A stretch of 16,775 bases of DNA from an uncultured Trueperaceae bacterium (GTDB lineage Bacteria > Deinococcota > Deinococci > Deinococcales > Trueperaceae): contig CAWFFU010000006.1 of the NCBI GenBank assembly GCA_963815215.1, forward strand, positions 1 through 16,775, in the 5' to 3' direction. The position numbers and the translations under genes were made by a program. The notes under the pieces were generated by a model. It had not been told where the DNA came from, searched no databases, and was given only the letters and a program-made list of their open reading frames with translations. Shown here piece after piece: positions 8,136 through 15,661 of the stretch; positions within the stretch are counted from its first letter, which is position 1, and every line of letters starts with the position of its first letter.

Positions 8136-9053
8136 TCAGGGCAGGACGTTGCCGGCCGCGCGGTAGATGGCGTACCACTCCTCGCGCGTGATGCGGACGT
8201 CGGCGGCCCGCATGCAGTCCCGCATGCGCTCGACCTTGGTGGTGCCGATGACGGGCTGCATGCGCGCCGGGTGGCGCAGCAGCCAGGCGATGGCGAGCGT
8301 GGTCGTGCTGACGCCGTAGCGCGCGGCCACCTCCTCGAGCACGCGGTCGAGCTCCGGGAAGCGCTCGTCGCCGAGGAACACGCCCTCGAAGAAGCCGTAT
8401 TGGAAGGGCGACCACGGCTGGATGGTGATGTCGTGCAGGCGGCAGTAGTCGAGCACGTAGCCGTCGCGGTCGACGGCCCCCTCGCCGAGCATGTTGACGT
8501 TGAAGCCGCTGGTGATCATGCCGGCGTTGGCGATGCTGAGCTGGAGCTGGTTGGCCACCAGGGGCTGCCGGACGTGCTTGCGCAGCAGCTCGATCTGCCG
8601 GGGGTGCTGGTTGCTCACGCCGAAGTGGCGGACCTTGCCCTCGCGCTCGAGCCGGTCGAAGGCCTCCGCCACCTCCTCGGGCTCCATCAGGGTGTCGGGC
8701 CGGTGCAGCAGCAGCACGTCGAGGTAGTCGGTGCGCAGGCGCTTCAGGATGCCGTCGACCGAGGCCAGGATGTGCTCCTTGGAGAAGTCGAACATGCCCT
8801 CGCGGATGCCGCACTTGCTCTGCAACAGGATCTGCTCGCGGACGCGCGCGTTCATGCCGACAGCCTCGGCGAAGCGCTCCTCGCTGGCGCCGCCGCCGTA
8901 GATGTCGGCGTGATCGAAGAAGTTCGCGCCCTCCTCGAGCGCCGCGTGGACGAAGCGTTCGGCGTCGCGCCCGTCGAGGCCGTGCAGGCGCATGCACCCC
9001 ACGGCGACGACCGGCACCTCCAGGTCACTGGTCCCGAGTCTCATGGTTCGCAC
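8136..9053 (-). CDS. Aldo/keto reductase (YdhF/YcsN-like)
   Basis: AAGGAGG SD at 9062-9068, GTG 9053. GCMR, FFDHADIYG, QSKCG and LLLHRPD supply the D-Y-K-H tetrad; also GKVRHFGVSN and WSPF; 305 aa. Confidence 0.93.
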   Translation of the reverse strand: MRTMRLGTSDLEVPVVAVGCMRLHGLDGRDAERFVHAALEEGANFFDHADIYGGGASEERFAEAVGMNARVREQILLQSKCGIREGMFDFSKEHILASVDGILKRLRTDYLDVLLLHRPDTLMEPEEVAEAFDRLEREGKVRHFGVSNQHPRQIELLRKHVRQPLVANQLQLSIANAGMITSGFNVNMLGEGAVDRDGYVLDYCRLHDITIQPWSPFQYGFFEGVFLGDERFPELDRVLEEVAARYGVSTTTLAIAWLLRHPARMQPVIGTTKVERMRDCMRAADVRITREEWYAIYRAAGNVLP

Positions 9054-9285
9054 GTCAGGAACCTCCTTCGCGCTACCCACCCTACGCCGGGCGCCGGGCC
9101 GTCGGGCGACGCGCGCGGCCGGGGGAGGTGCGGAGCGCCCGGGGCGGCCGCGGTCACCAGGCGCGGTTTCTAATGTTGCGGGTCTACCCTTGGCGGAGAG
9201 ACCCGCGGCCCCGGGGCTCTCGGGGGGCGGGCCTTCCGCTGCAGCGGGTCGCCGGCCGCGAAGGCCCGGCAGGAGGGGAGTCGAG

Positions 9286-9606
9286 ATGTTGGTCGTGACG
9301 ACGGAGAACATCCAGGGCTACCAGATCGAGCGTGTCGTCGGGCAGGTCTTCGGCGTGGTGGTGCGCAGCCGGGGCCTGGGCGGGAACATCACGGCGGCGC
9401 TCCGCAGCCTGGGCGGCGGCGAGATCAAGGAGTACACCGAGATGCTCGAGGACGCGCGCAAGTCCGCCATCGACCGGCTGGTCCAGAACGCGCACGCCAT
9501 GGGCGCCAACGCCGTGGTGATGATGCGCTTCGATTCGAGCGAGGTGGGACAGACGATGTCCGAGGTGGTCGCCTACGGGACCGGCGTGATCGCGCACGAG
9601 GTCTAG
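9286..9606 (+). CDS. YbjQ / UPF0145 family protein (putative heavy-metal-binding domain)
   Basis: AGGAGG/GGAG SD, ATG 9286. MLVVTTENIQG..I..VVG.VFG...LGGGEIKEYTEMLEDAR...GANAVV.MRFD...AYGT is the family pattern; 106 aa. Confidence 0.93.
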   Translation: MLVVTTENIQGYQIERVVGQVFGVVVRSRGLGGNITAALRSLGGGEIKEYTEMLEDARKSAIDRLVQNAHAMGANAVVMMRFDSSEVGQTMSEVVAYGTGVIAHEV

Positions 9607-9609
9607 TCG

Positions 9610-9855
9610 GTGTTGACGCTCGTCGTGGTGGAGGTCGTGGTGGGCCTCGTGCTGGTCGTGGGTTCGCTGTGGGTCACGAGGCGGAGCCGCAGGCTGCGAG
9701 CGAAGCCGGGCGCCACCGGGTCCCTGGAAGGTTTCGTCGAGACCGACGAGGTCTTCATCGATCCCACCACCGGAGCGCGGCAACGAGTGTGGTTCGATCC
9801 GCGGACGGGCGAGCGCCGCTACGTGACGCTCGAGGCGGAGGGGCCGCCCCGCTGA
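9610..9855 (+). CDS. Small single-TM protein of unknown function, co-transcribed with YbjQ
   Basis: GTG 3 nt after the YbjQ stop, with GAGG 8 nt upstream. N-terminal TM helix, basic stretch, then TDEVFIDPTTGARQRVWFDPRTGERRYV. Confidence 0.8.
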   Translation: MLTLVVVEVVVGLVLVVGSLWVTRRSRRLRAKPGATGSLEGFVETDEVFIDPTTGARQRVWFDPRTGERRYVTLEAEGPPR

Positions 9856-9951
9856 GGACTGCGCTCACGACGCATCGAAGGAAGCCCTGAGCGTGGGCGC
9901 TCGGTCCGTGCGGCCGCCTCCGGGGCGGTACCTTCAGGGGATCGGCCTTCG

Positions 9952-10527
9952 CTAGCGCCTCGCGAGGAACGCCAGCACGCGCCGCGTCAGCAGGGCGGCG
10001 GCCTCCGCGTCGTACGACGGCAGGGAGCTGTCGGCGAAGGTGTGCCGGTCGCCGGGGTAGAGGAACAACTCCGCTTCGTCGGCCTCCTCGACCAGCGCCC
10101 GGGCGTTCTCGAGGTCGCCCTCGCCGACGAAGATCGGGTCGGCGTCCATGCCGTGCACCTGCACCGGCACCCCCTCCGGCCAGGACGGCCCGAACTCGGA
10201 TACCGGCACGCACGAGTAGCACAGCAGCGCCCCGCGCGCACCGGCGCGCGTCTGGGCGAGCTTCTGGGCGGGGAGAACGCCCAGCGAGAAGCCGGCGTAG
10301 ACCAGCGCCTCGGGCAGGCCCTCCACCGCCCGCTCCCCACGCGCGATCACCTCGTAGAAGCCGAGCTCCCGGACGAAGCCCATGCCCGCTTCCAGGCTGT
10401 CGAAGGTGCGGCCGCCGAACAGGTCAGGGGTGTGCACGACGTGCCCGGCGTGGCGCAGCGCGTCGGCGAAGGCGACGACGCCGGGGGTGAGTCCCTGCGC
10501 GTGGTGGAACAGCACGACCTCGGCCAT
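9952..10527 (-). CDS. Dienelactone hydrolase family alpha/beta hydrolase
   Basis: VVLFHHAQGLT, VHTPDLFGG, nucleophile elbow GFSLG, HGMDADP, YPGDRHTF. AAGGGG SD upstream. Confidence 0.9.
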   Translation of the reverse strand: MAEVVLFHHAQGLTPGVVAFADALRHAGHVVHTPDLFGGRTFDSLEAGMGFVRELGFYEVIARGERAVEGLPEALVYAGFSLGVLPAQKLAQTRAGARGALLCYSCVPVSEFGPSWPEGVPVQVHGMDADPIFVGEGDLENARALVEEADEAELFLYPGDRHTFADSSLPSYDAEAAALLTRRVLAFLARR

Positions 10528-10588
10528 ATCGATACCCCTTCATGCGGCGGATGCGATCGCTCGAGCCGGGACCCTGCGGCGGTGCGTC

Positions 10589-10594
10589 AGTCTA
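10589..10594 (-). promoter_or_regulatory. Putative -10 (TAGACT) for the hydrolase gene
   Basis: TANNNT about 60 nt upstream of ATG 10527, in the divergent intergenic region. Confidence 0.4.
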
Positions 10595-10670
10595 TGCCGT
10601 TCGGCGCAGGGCGGACATCGGCGGGCGCCCGCCGGACGGGGAGACGATCGCGGGCCGACCCCGGAGCGCG

Positions 10671-10679
10671 TGCTAGGCT
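10671..10679 (+). promoter_or_regulatory. Putative extended -10 (TGcTAGGCT) for the PhzF-family gene
   Basis: TGn-TANNNT 47 nt upstream of ATG 10727. Confidence 0.5.
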
Positions 10680-10726
10680 CGGCCGCACCAGCGGCGTCCG
10701 GCGCGGGCGCCTCGAGGAGGCGACCG

Positions 10727-11614
10727 ATGCCCAGCGACGCGACGGAGTCCTCGTCCCGGGCCCCTGAGATCATCCGCTACACGGCGTTCAGCTCCGAGCC
10801 GACGGGGGGCAACCCCGCGGGCATCGTCCTCGATGCCGGCGGCCTGGGCGAGGCCGCCATGCTCGCCGCGGCGCGGCGCGTAGGCTACTCGGAGACGGCC
10901 TTCCTGACGCCCGAGCCGGCGGAGCCGGGGACCTACCGCGTGCGCTACTTCAGCCCGGAGGCGGAGGTTCCCTTCTGCGGCCACGCCACGGTAGCGGCGG
11001 CGGTGGCGCTGGCGACGCGCGACGGCGCCGGTCGCGTCCTGTTCCGGACGCGCTCCGGACCGGTGGCCGTGCGCACCGGCCCCGCCGCGGCGGGCCTGTT
11101 CGAGGCGTCCCTGACGAGCGTGCCGCCGAGCGTCGAGGGCGTGACCGCGGATGACCTCGCGGAGGCGCTGGAGGCGCTCGGGTACCTGGAGGGTGACCTC
11201 GACCCCGCGCTGGCGCCCCGCATCGCCTCCGCCGGCGCACGCCACCTGATCCTCGGCGTCGCTTCCAGGGGCCGCCTGGCCGCCCTCGACTACGCCTTCG
11301 AGCGCCTGAAGGCTTTCATGCTGGTGCGCGAGCTCACCACCGTGGCGCTGGTGTTCCGCGAGCGCGCCGACCTGTTCCACGCCCGCAACCCGTTCCCGGT
11401 CGGCGGCGTCTACGAGGATCCGGCGACCGGCGCCGCCGCCGCGGCCCTGGGCGCCTACCTGCGGGAGCTCCGCCTGGTCGACGCTCCGACCCGGGTCACG
11501 GTCCTGCAGGGAGCGGACATGGGGCGTCCGGGCCGGATCGTCGTCGACATCCCGGCCGGCAGCGGACCCATCACGGTGACCGGCGTGGCGGTCCCGATCG
11601 AGGATGGCTCCTGA
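10727..11614 (+). CDS. PhzF-family isomerase/epimerase (DAP-epimerase fold)
   Basis: GAGGAGG SD, ATG 10727. Motifs AFS....GGNPAGIV, GYSETAF, RYFSPEAEVPFCGHAT, EDPATGAAAAALG, QGADMGRP; 295 aa. Confidence 0.92.
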   Translation: MPSDATESSSRAPEIIRYTAFSSEPTGGNPAGIVLDAGGLGEAAMLAAARRVGYSETAFLTPEPAEPGTYRVRYFSPEAEVPFCGHATVAAAVALATRDGAGRVLFRTRSGPVAVRTGPAAAGLFEASLTSVPPSVEGVTADDLAEALEALGYLEGDLDPALAPRIASAGARHLILGVASRGRLAALDYAFERLKAFMLVRELTTVALVFRERADLFHARNPFPVGGVYEDPATGAAAAALGAYLRELRLVDAPTRVTVLQGADMGRPGRIVVDIPAGSGPITVTGVAVPIEDGS

Positions 11615-11660
11615 TCGGGACCGCCACGCCGGCGGTTCTGCATGGACCTGCGGCTAGGGC

Positions 11661-12950
11661 CTAGGGGACGAACTTCGCCAGGAAGGCGTCACCTTTGCCG
11701 GCATTGGCGCCGTTGAGGCCGCCGTACGTGTAGCCGGCGACGAGCGCGTTGCCGTTGCCGTCCACCGTCACGCCCTTGCCGCCGTCATCGCTGCTCGTTC
11801 CGAACTGTGACACCCAGACGCGCTTGCCGGCCGGATCGATCTCGCTGACGAAAGCGTCCATGCCGCCCGCGTTGGCGCCGCTCAGGTTCCCGACGGCGTA
11901 GCCGGTGACGAAGCTGTTCCCGGCGGCGTCGACGGCCACGGCGTTGGCCTCCTCGTCCTTGGCCGTGCCGAACTGCGTCAGCCAGGTCTGCGCGCCGCTG
12001 CTGTCGTACTTGGCCAGGAACACGTCGAAGGCGCCGGCGTTGCCGGTGCCGCCGAGGTCGCCCGACGTCCCTCCGGTGACGAGCGCGTTGCCGCTGGCAT
12101 CGACCGCGAGCCCCATGGCGTCGTCGTCGCCGCTGCTCCCGAACTGGCGCGCCCAGAGCACGTTGCCGCTGCTGTCGTACTTGACCAGGTAGGCGTCGTC
12201 GCCGCCCGCGTTGGCGCTTCCCGCCAGGACCCCGGTGGTGTAGCCCGTGGCGTAGATGTTGCCGCTGGCATCGACCGCCACGGCCGTGCCGTCGTCCTGG
12301 GCGGGGGTGCCGAACTGCCTCACCCACACCTGGTTGCCGTTGCTGTCGTACTTCGCGAGGAAGGCGTCGTCCATGCCCGAAGCGATCTCGCCCGGCAGGG
12401 TTCCGGTGGTGTAGCCGGTGACGTAGCTGTTCCCGGACCCGTCGACCGCCACGGCGGAGCCGATGTCGTCGGCGCTGCCGCCGAACTGCTTCAGCCACAC
12501 CTGGTTGCCGTTGCTGTCGTACTTGGCGAGGAAGGCGTCGGCGCCGCCGGCGCTGGTCTGGCCGGGCAGGGTGCCGTTCGTGTCGCCGGTGATGTAGCTG
12601 TTGCCGGAAGCGTCGACCGCGATGCCGTTGGCGACGTCCCCGGCGCTGCTGCCGAACTGCTTCAGCCACACCTGGTTGCCGCTGCCGTCGTACTTGGCGA
12701 GGATGGCGTCGTTGCCGCCGGCGCTGGTCTGGCCGGTCAGCGTGCCGGCGGTGTAGCCCGCGACGTAGCTGTTGCCACTGGCATCGGAGCCGATTCCGAA
12801 GCCGATGTCGAACTGGGTCGAGCCGAACTGGGCCACCCAGGTCGCCTGCTTGGTGGTCGACGAGGTCGGGGCGGTAGCGCTTCCACAGGCCGCCAGAGCG
12901 ACGACGAGCACCAGCGTGAGCGGGGACAGCAGGACGAGACGACGCAGCAT
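11661..12950 (-). CDS. SBBP-repeat seven-bladed beta-propeller lipoprotein
   Basis: AGGAG SD, ATG 12950. Lipobox LAAC, Ser/Thr linker, then 7 repeats of W..QFG....D....AVD.SGN.YVTG.T.G.L.G..AG..DAFL.KYD; 429 aa. Confidence 0.9.
   Translation of the reverse strand: MLRRLVLLSPLTLVLVVALAACGSATAPTSSTTKQATWVAQFGSTQFDIGFGIGSDASGNSYVAGYTAGTLTGQTSAGGNDAILAKYDGSGNQVWLKQFGSSAGDVANGIAVDASGNSYITGDTNGTLPGQTSAGGADAFLAKYDSNGNQVWLKQFGGSADDIGSAVAVDGSGNSYVTGYTTGTLPGEIASGMDDAFLAKYDSNGNQVWVRQFGTPAQDDGTAVAVDASGNIYATGYTTGVLAGSANAGGDDAYLVKYDSSGNVLWARQFGSSGDDDAMGLAVDASGNALVTGGTSGDLGGTGNAGAFDVFLAKYDSSGAQTWLTQFGTAKDEEANAVAVDAAGNSFVTGYAVGNLSGANAGGMDAFVSEIDPAGKRVWVSQFGTSSDDGGKGVTVDGNGNALVAGYTYGGLNGANAGKGDAFLAKFVP
11670..12840 (-). 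repeat. Seven intragenic tandem repeats, 171-nt (57-aa) period
   Basis: CCGAACTG (QFG) recurs at 12823, 12652, 12481, 12310, 12139, 11968 and 11800: spacing 171 five times, then 168. Confidence 0.9.
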
Positions 12951-13006
12951 GAAGACTCTCCTCGAACGGTTGTGAGGGGGGACGTTCCGTGGACGGCGGA
13001 CGGGCG

Positions 13007-13015
13007 AGCCTAACA
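13007..13015 (-). promoter_or_regulatory. Putative extended -10 (TGtTAGGCT) for the SBBP lipoprotein
   Basis: TGn-TANNNT about 56 nt upstream of ATG 12950. Confidence 0.5.
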
Positions 13016-13104
13016 TCGGCGCCGGCGCGCGGGCGTCATATCAGCTGCGGACGCGGAGGGCGCCATGCCGTTCGCCTGCGCCGTTCGCCCGCGCTGCCCG
13101 CCCG

Positions 13105-13110
13105 TATCAT
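13105..13110 (+). promoter_or_regulatory. Putative -10 (TATCAT) of a leaderless transcript
   Basis: Ends 6 nt before GTG 13117; no SD. Confidence 0.55.
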
Positions 13111-13116
13111 GAGTCC

Positions 13117-13902
13117 GTGAGCGCTGACCCCGACAGCACCGAGCGCCAGAGGACGCCGGCCAAGGACGCGGCCGCCGCGCCGCCGACGGAAGCGGGGGCC
13201 CGGCAGGCGCGCCTGCTGGCGGGGGCCCGGCAGGCGCGCCTGCTGGCGAGCTGGGACGCCAACGCCGAGGCGTGGGCCGACGCCGTACGGCAGGGGAGGA
13301 TCGCCAGCCGCACGAGAGCCACCAACGCCGCGGTGCTGGAGGCGGCGCAACGACTGCGGCCGCGACGCGCGCTGGACGTGGGGTGTGGCGAGGGGTGGCT
13401 GGCGCACGCGCTGGAGCACGGTGGCGTGCGCGTCACAGGATTCGACGCCAGCGCGGCGCTGGTGAGGGCGGCGAAGGCCGGCCCCGGAACCTTCGTGCGG
13501 CTCGACTATGACGCACTCGAGCGCGACCCGGACGTCCTGCCCGGCCCGTTCGACGTGGCGGTCTGCAACTTCTCGCTGCTGAGCGACCCGATCGACGGGC
13601 TGCTGCGCGCGCTGGCCGCGCGCCTCGGGCCGGGCGGCCGCCTGGTGGTGCAGACCGTTCACCCGCTGGCGCTCGGCGCCGAGCGCTACGTCGACGCCTG
13701 GCGCGAGGAGACCTTCGACGCCTTCGGCGGGGCGTTCCCCGCTGCGATGCCGTGGTACGCACGGACGCTGGCGTCCTGGTGGCGCGCGCTGGACGACGCC
13801 GGCCTCGTGCTCGAGCGCCTCGAGGAGCCGCGCATGGAGGGCGTCGCGTGGCCCGTGGCGCTGCTGCTCACGGCCGTTCCAGGGGGCGTGAGCCGGGGGT
13901 GA
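13117..13902 (+). CDS. Class I SAM-dependent methyltransferase
   Basis: SWDANAEAW, motif I LDVGCGEG, VTGFDAS, FDVAVCNFSLL, L.PGGRLVVQT.HP. Confidence 0.9.
   Translation: MSADPDSTERQRTPAKDAAAAPPTEAGARQARLLAGARQARLLASWDANAEAWADAVRQGRIASRTRATNAAVLEAAQRLRPRRALDVGCGEGWLAHALEHGGVRVTGFDASAALVRAAKAGPGTFVRLDYDALERDPDVLPGPFDVAVCNFSLLSDPIDGLLRALAARLGPGGRLVVQTVHPLALGAERYVDAWREETFDAFGGAFPAAMPWYARTLASWWRALDDAGLVLERLEEPRMEGVAWPVALLLTAVPGGVSRG
13192..13248 (+). repeat. Perfect 27-bp in-frame tandem duplication (AGARQARLL x2)
   Basis: GCGGGGGCCCGGCAGGCGCGCCTGCTG at 13192-13218 and 13219-13245, followed by GCG. Confidence 0.95.
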
Positions 13903-13959
13903 CGGGGGACTGAGGGTCGGGGACCGCACGCGGCGACGCCCGCGCGCGGCCCATCCGGA

Positions 13960-13997
13960 TTCCGGCCCTGGCGCAGCGCCTTCCGGCCCGATATGGT
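13960..13997 (+). promoter_or_regulatory. Putative nhaB promoter: -10 TATGGT preceded by a TTCCGGCCC direct repeat
   Basis: TTCCGGCCC at 13960-13968 and 13981-13989 (21-bp period); TATGGT at 13992-13997. Confidence 0.4.
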
Positions 13998-14132
13998 GGA
14001 TCCAACACGGGATCGAGACCGACCGCCTGCCGCGATCGCGCCACGGCGGATCCTTGCCGACGCTGCTGAGGCGACAGCGTGGGCGAGTTTCGCCACGCCC
14101 AGTCGCCGCGACGGATCGAGGTCGTACGAACG

Positions 14133-15644
14133 ATGAGCTCCCGACTCGCCCGCACTCTCGGCCATGACTTCCTGGGGCGCTCCCCACTGTGGTACAAGCG
14201 CACGCTCCTTGCCTTCCTCCTCGTCAACCCGCTGATCTTCCTGCTGGGCGGCGACCGCGGCGGCTTCGTGGCCGGCTGGGCGCTTGTCGCGGAGTTCATC
14301 TTCACGCTCGTCATGGCGCTGCGGTGCTACCCGCTCCAGGCCGGCGGGCTCCTCGCTCTCGAAGCGGTGGCGATCGGGATGACGAGCGCCGAGGCCGTCT
14401 ATCGGGAGATCGTCGCCGATCTTCCGGTCCTCCTGCTGTTGATCTTCATGGTGGCCGGCATCTACTTCCTTCGCGACGTGCTGCTCTATGTGTTCACCAA
14501 GCTGTTGGTCGGCGTGCGCTCCAAGGTGTTGCTGTCCCTCGGGTTCGCGTTCGCCGCCGCCTCCCTGTCGGCGTTCCTCGATGCGTTGACGGTGACGGCC
14601 GTGATCATCTCGGTGGCGATCGCGTTCTACGGCGTCTACCACAAGGTGGCCTCGGGCAAGGGCTTCGACGATGAGCACGACCACCACGACGACACGCTCG
14701 TCCATGAGTTCCGACACGGTGACCTGGGGCGCTTCCGCGCGTTCCTGCGCAGCCTGATGATGCACGCAGCGGTCGGCACGGCGCTGGGCGGGGTGACGAC
14801 GCTGGTAGGCGAACCGCAGAACCTTCTGATCGCGAACGTGGCCGGGTGGAACTTCGGGGAGTTCTTCACGCGGCTGGCGCCCATCTCGATGCCCGTGCTG
14901 GCGGTAGGCCTGCTCACCTGCGTGCTGCTCGAGCGGCTGAAGTGGTTCGGCTACGGGGAGGAGCTGCCGGCGTCGGTCCGCGAGATCATGGAGGCCTTCG
15001 AGCTGCGCGAGGTGACGCGCCGTGACGCCTCGGGCACGCTGCGGATCATCGTGCAGGGGCTGGTGGCGGTGTTCCTGATCGTCGCGTTGGCGTTCCACGT
15101 CGCCGAAGTGGGTCTGATCGGGCTGGCAGTGATCATCCTCGCCACGGCCTTCAACGGCGTCACCGACGAGGGCCGCCTCGGTCACGCCTTCCACGAGGCG
15201 TTGCCATTCACGGCGCTGCTGGTCGTGTTCTTCGCGGTGGTGGCCGTGATCCAGGAGCAGCACCTGTTCCAGCCGCTGCTCGACACCGTGATGGCCATGA
15301 GCGGCCGCGCCCAGATCGGGGCCATGTTCGCGCTCAGCGGCGTGCTCTCGGCGATCAGCGACAACGTCTTCGTGGCCACGGTCTACGTGACGGGCGTCAA
15401 ATCCGCGCTCGACGGGGGACTCATCTCGACAGGGCAGTTCAACAACCTGGCGGTCGCGATCAACACGGCCACGAACATCCCGAGCGTCGCCACCCCCAAC
15501 GGTCAGGTCGCCTTCCTGTTCCTGCTGACCTCGGGCCTGGCGCCGCTGATCCGGCTGGGCTACGGGCGCATGGTGTGGATGGCGCTGCCGTACACGGTGG
15601 TGTTGACCGTCACTGCGCTGGCCGCGACGCTGCTGGCGGTCTAG
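14133..15644 (+). CDS. nhaB: Na+/H+ antiporter NhaB
   Basis: GAGG SD, ATG 14133. NhaB signatures [90 protein letters not shown]; 503 aa. Confidence 0.95.
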   Translation: MSSRLARTLGHDFLGRSPLWYKRTLLAFLLVNPLIFLLGGDRGGFVAGWALVAEFIFTLVMALRCYPLQAGGLLALEAVAIGMTSAEAVYREIVADLPVLLLLIFMVAGIYFLRDVLLYVFTKLLVGVRSKVLLSLGFAFAAASLSAFLDALTVTAVIISVAIAFYGVYHKVASGKGFDDEHDHHDDTLVHEFRHGDLGRFRAFLRSLMMHAAVGTALGGVTTLVGEPQNLLIANVAGWNFGEFFTRLAPISMPVLAVGLLTCVLLERLKWFGYGEELPASVREIMEAFELREVTRRDASGTLRIIVQGLVAVFLIVALAFHVAEVGLIGLAVIILATAFNGVTDEGRLGHAFHEALPFTALLVVFFAVVAVIQEQHLFQPLLDTVMAMSGRAQIGAMFALSGVLSAISDNVFVATVYVTGVKSALDGGLISTGQFNNLAVAINTATNIPSVATPNGQVAFLFLLTSGLAPLIRLGYGRMVWMALPYTVVLTVTALAATLLAV

Positions 15645-15661
15645 CGACGATCCGCGTCAGG

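Noticed and set aside
9194..9270. Glycine riboswitch (GGAGAGAC, CTCTC and GAAGG motifs)
   Set aside because: The motif order does not fit the aptamer (GAAGG should precede CTCTCAGG), and the downstream gene is unrelated to glycine.
7237..9311. Long N-terminal extensions in the ORF track (DUF4097 from 7824, aldo/keto reductase from 9311, YbjQ from 8992; also PhzF from 10382)
   Set aside because: They overlap divergent genes; clear SD and start pairs exist at 7236, 9053, 9286 and 10727.
10727..11614. Phenazine biosynthesis cluster, or a natural-product cluster with the methyltransferases, hydrolase and reductase
   Set aside because: No phzA/B/D/E/G or scaffold-forming enzyme is present; the genes alternate in orientation with separate promoters, and orphan PhzF-like genes are common.
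11670..12840. Regularly spaced DNA repeats resembling a CRISPR array
   Set aside because: The period is 171 nt, the repeats are in frame and degenerate at codon third positions, and no cas genes are present; they are protein propeller blades.
13686..15263. 525-aa minus-strand ORF, and similar Arg/Pro/Ala-rich ORFs (962..2338, 2459..3874, 8103..9173, 13036..14187)
   Set aside because: They overlap well-supported genes in other frames or on the opposite strand and have low-complexity, off-frame composition.
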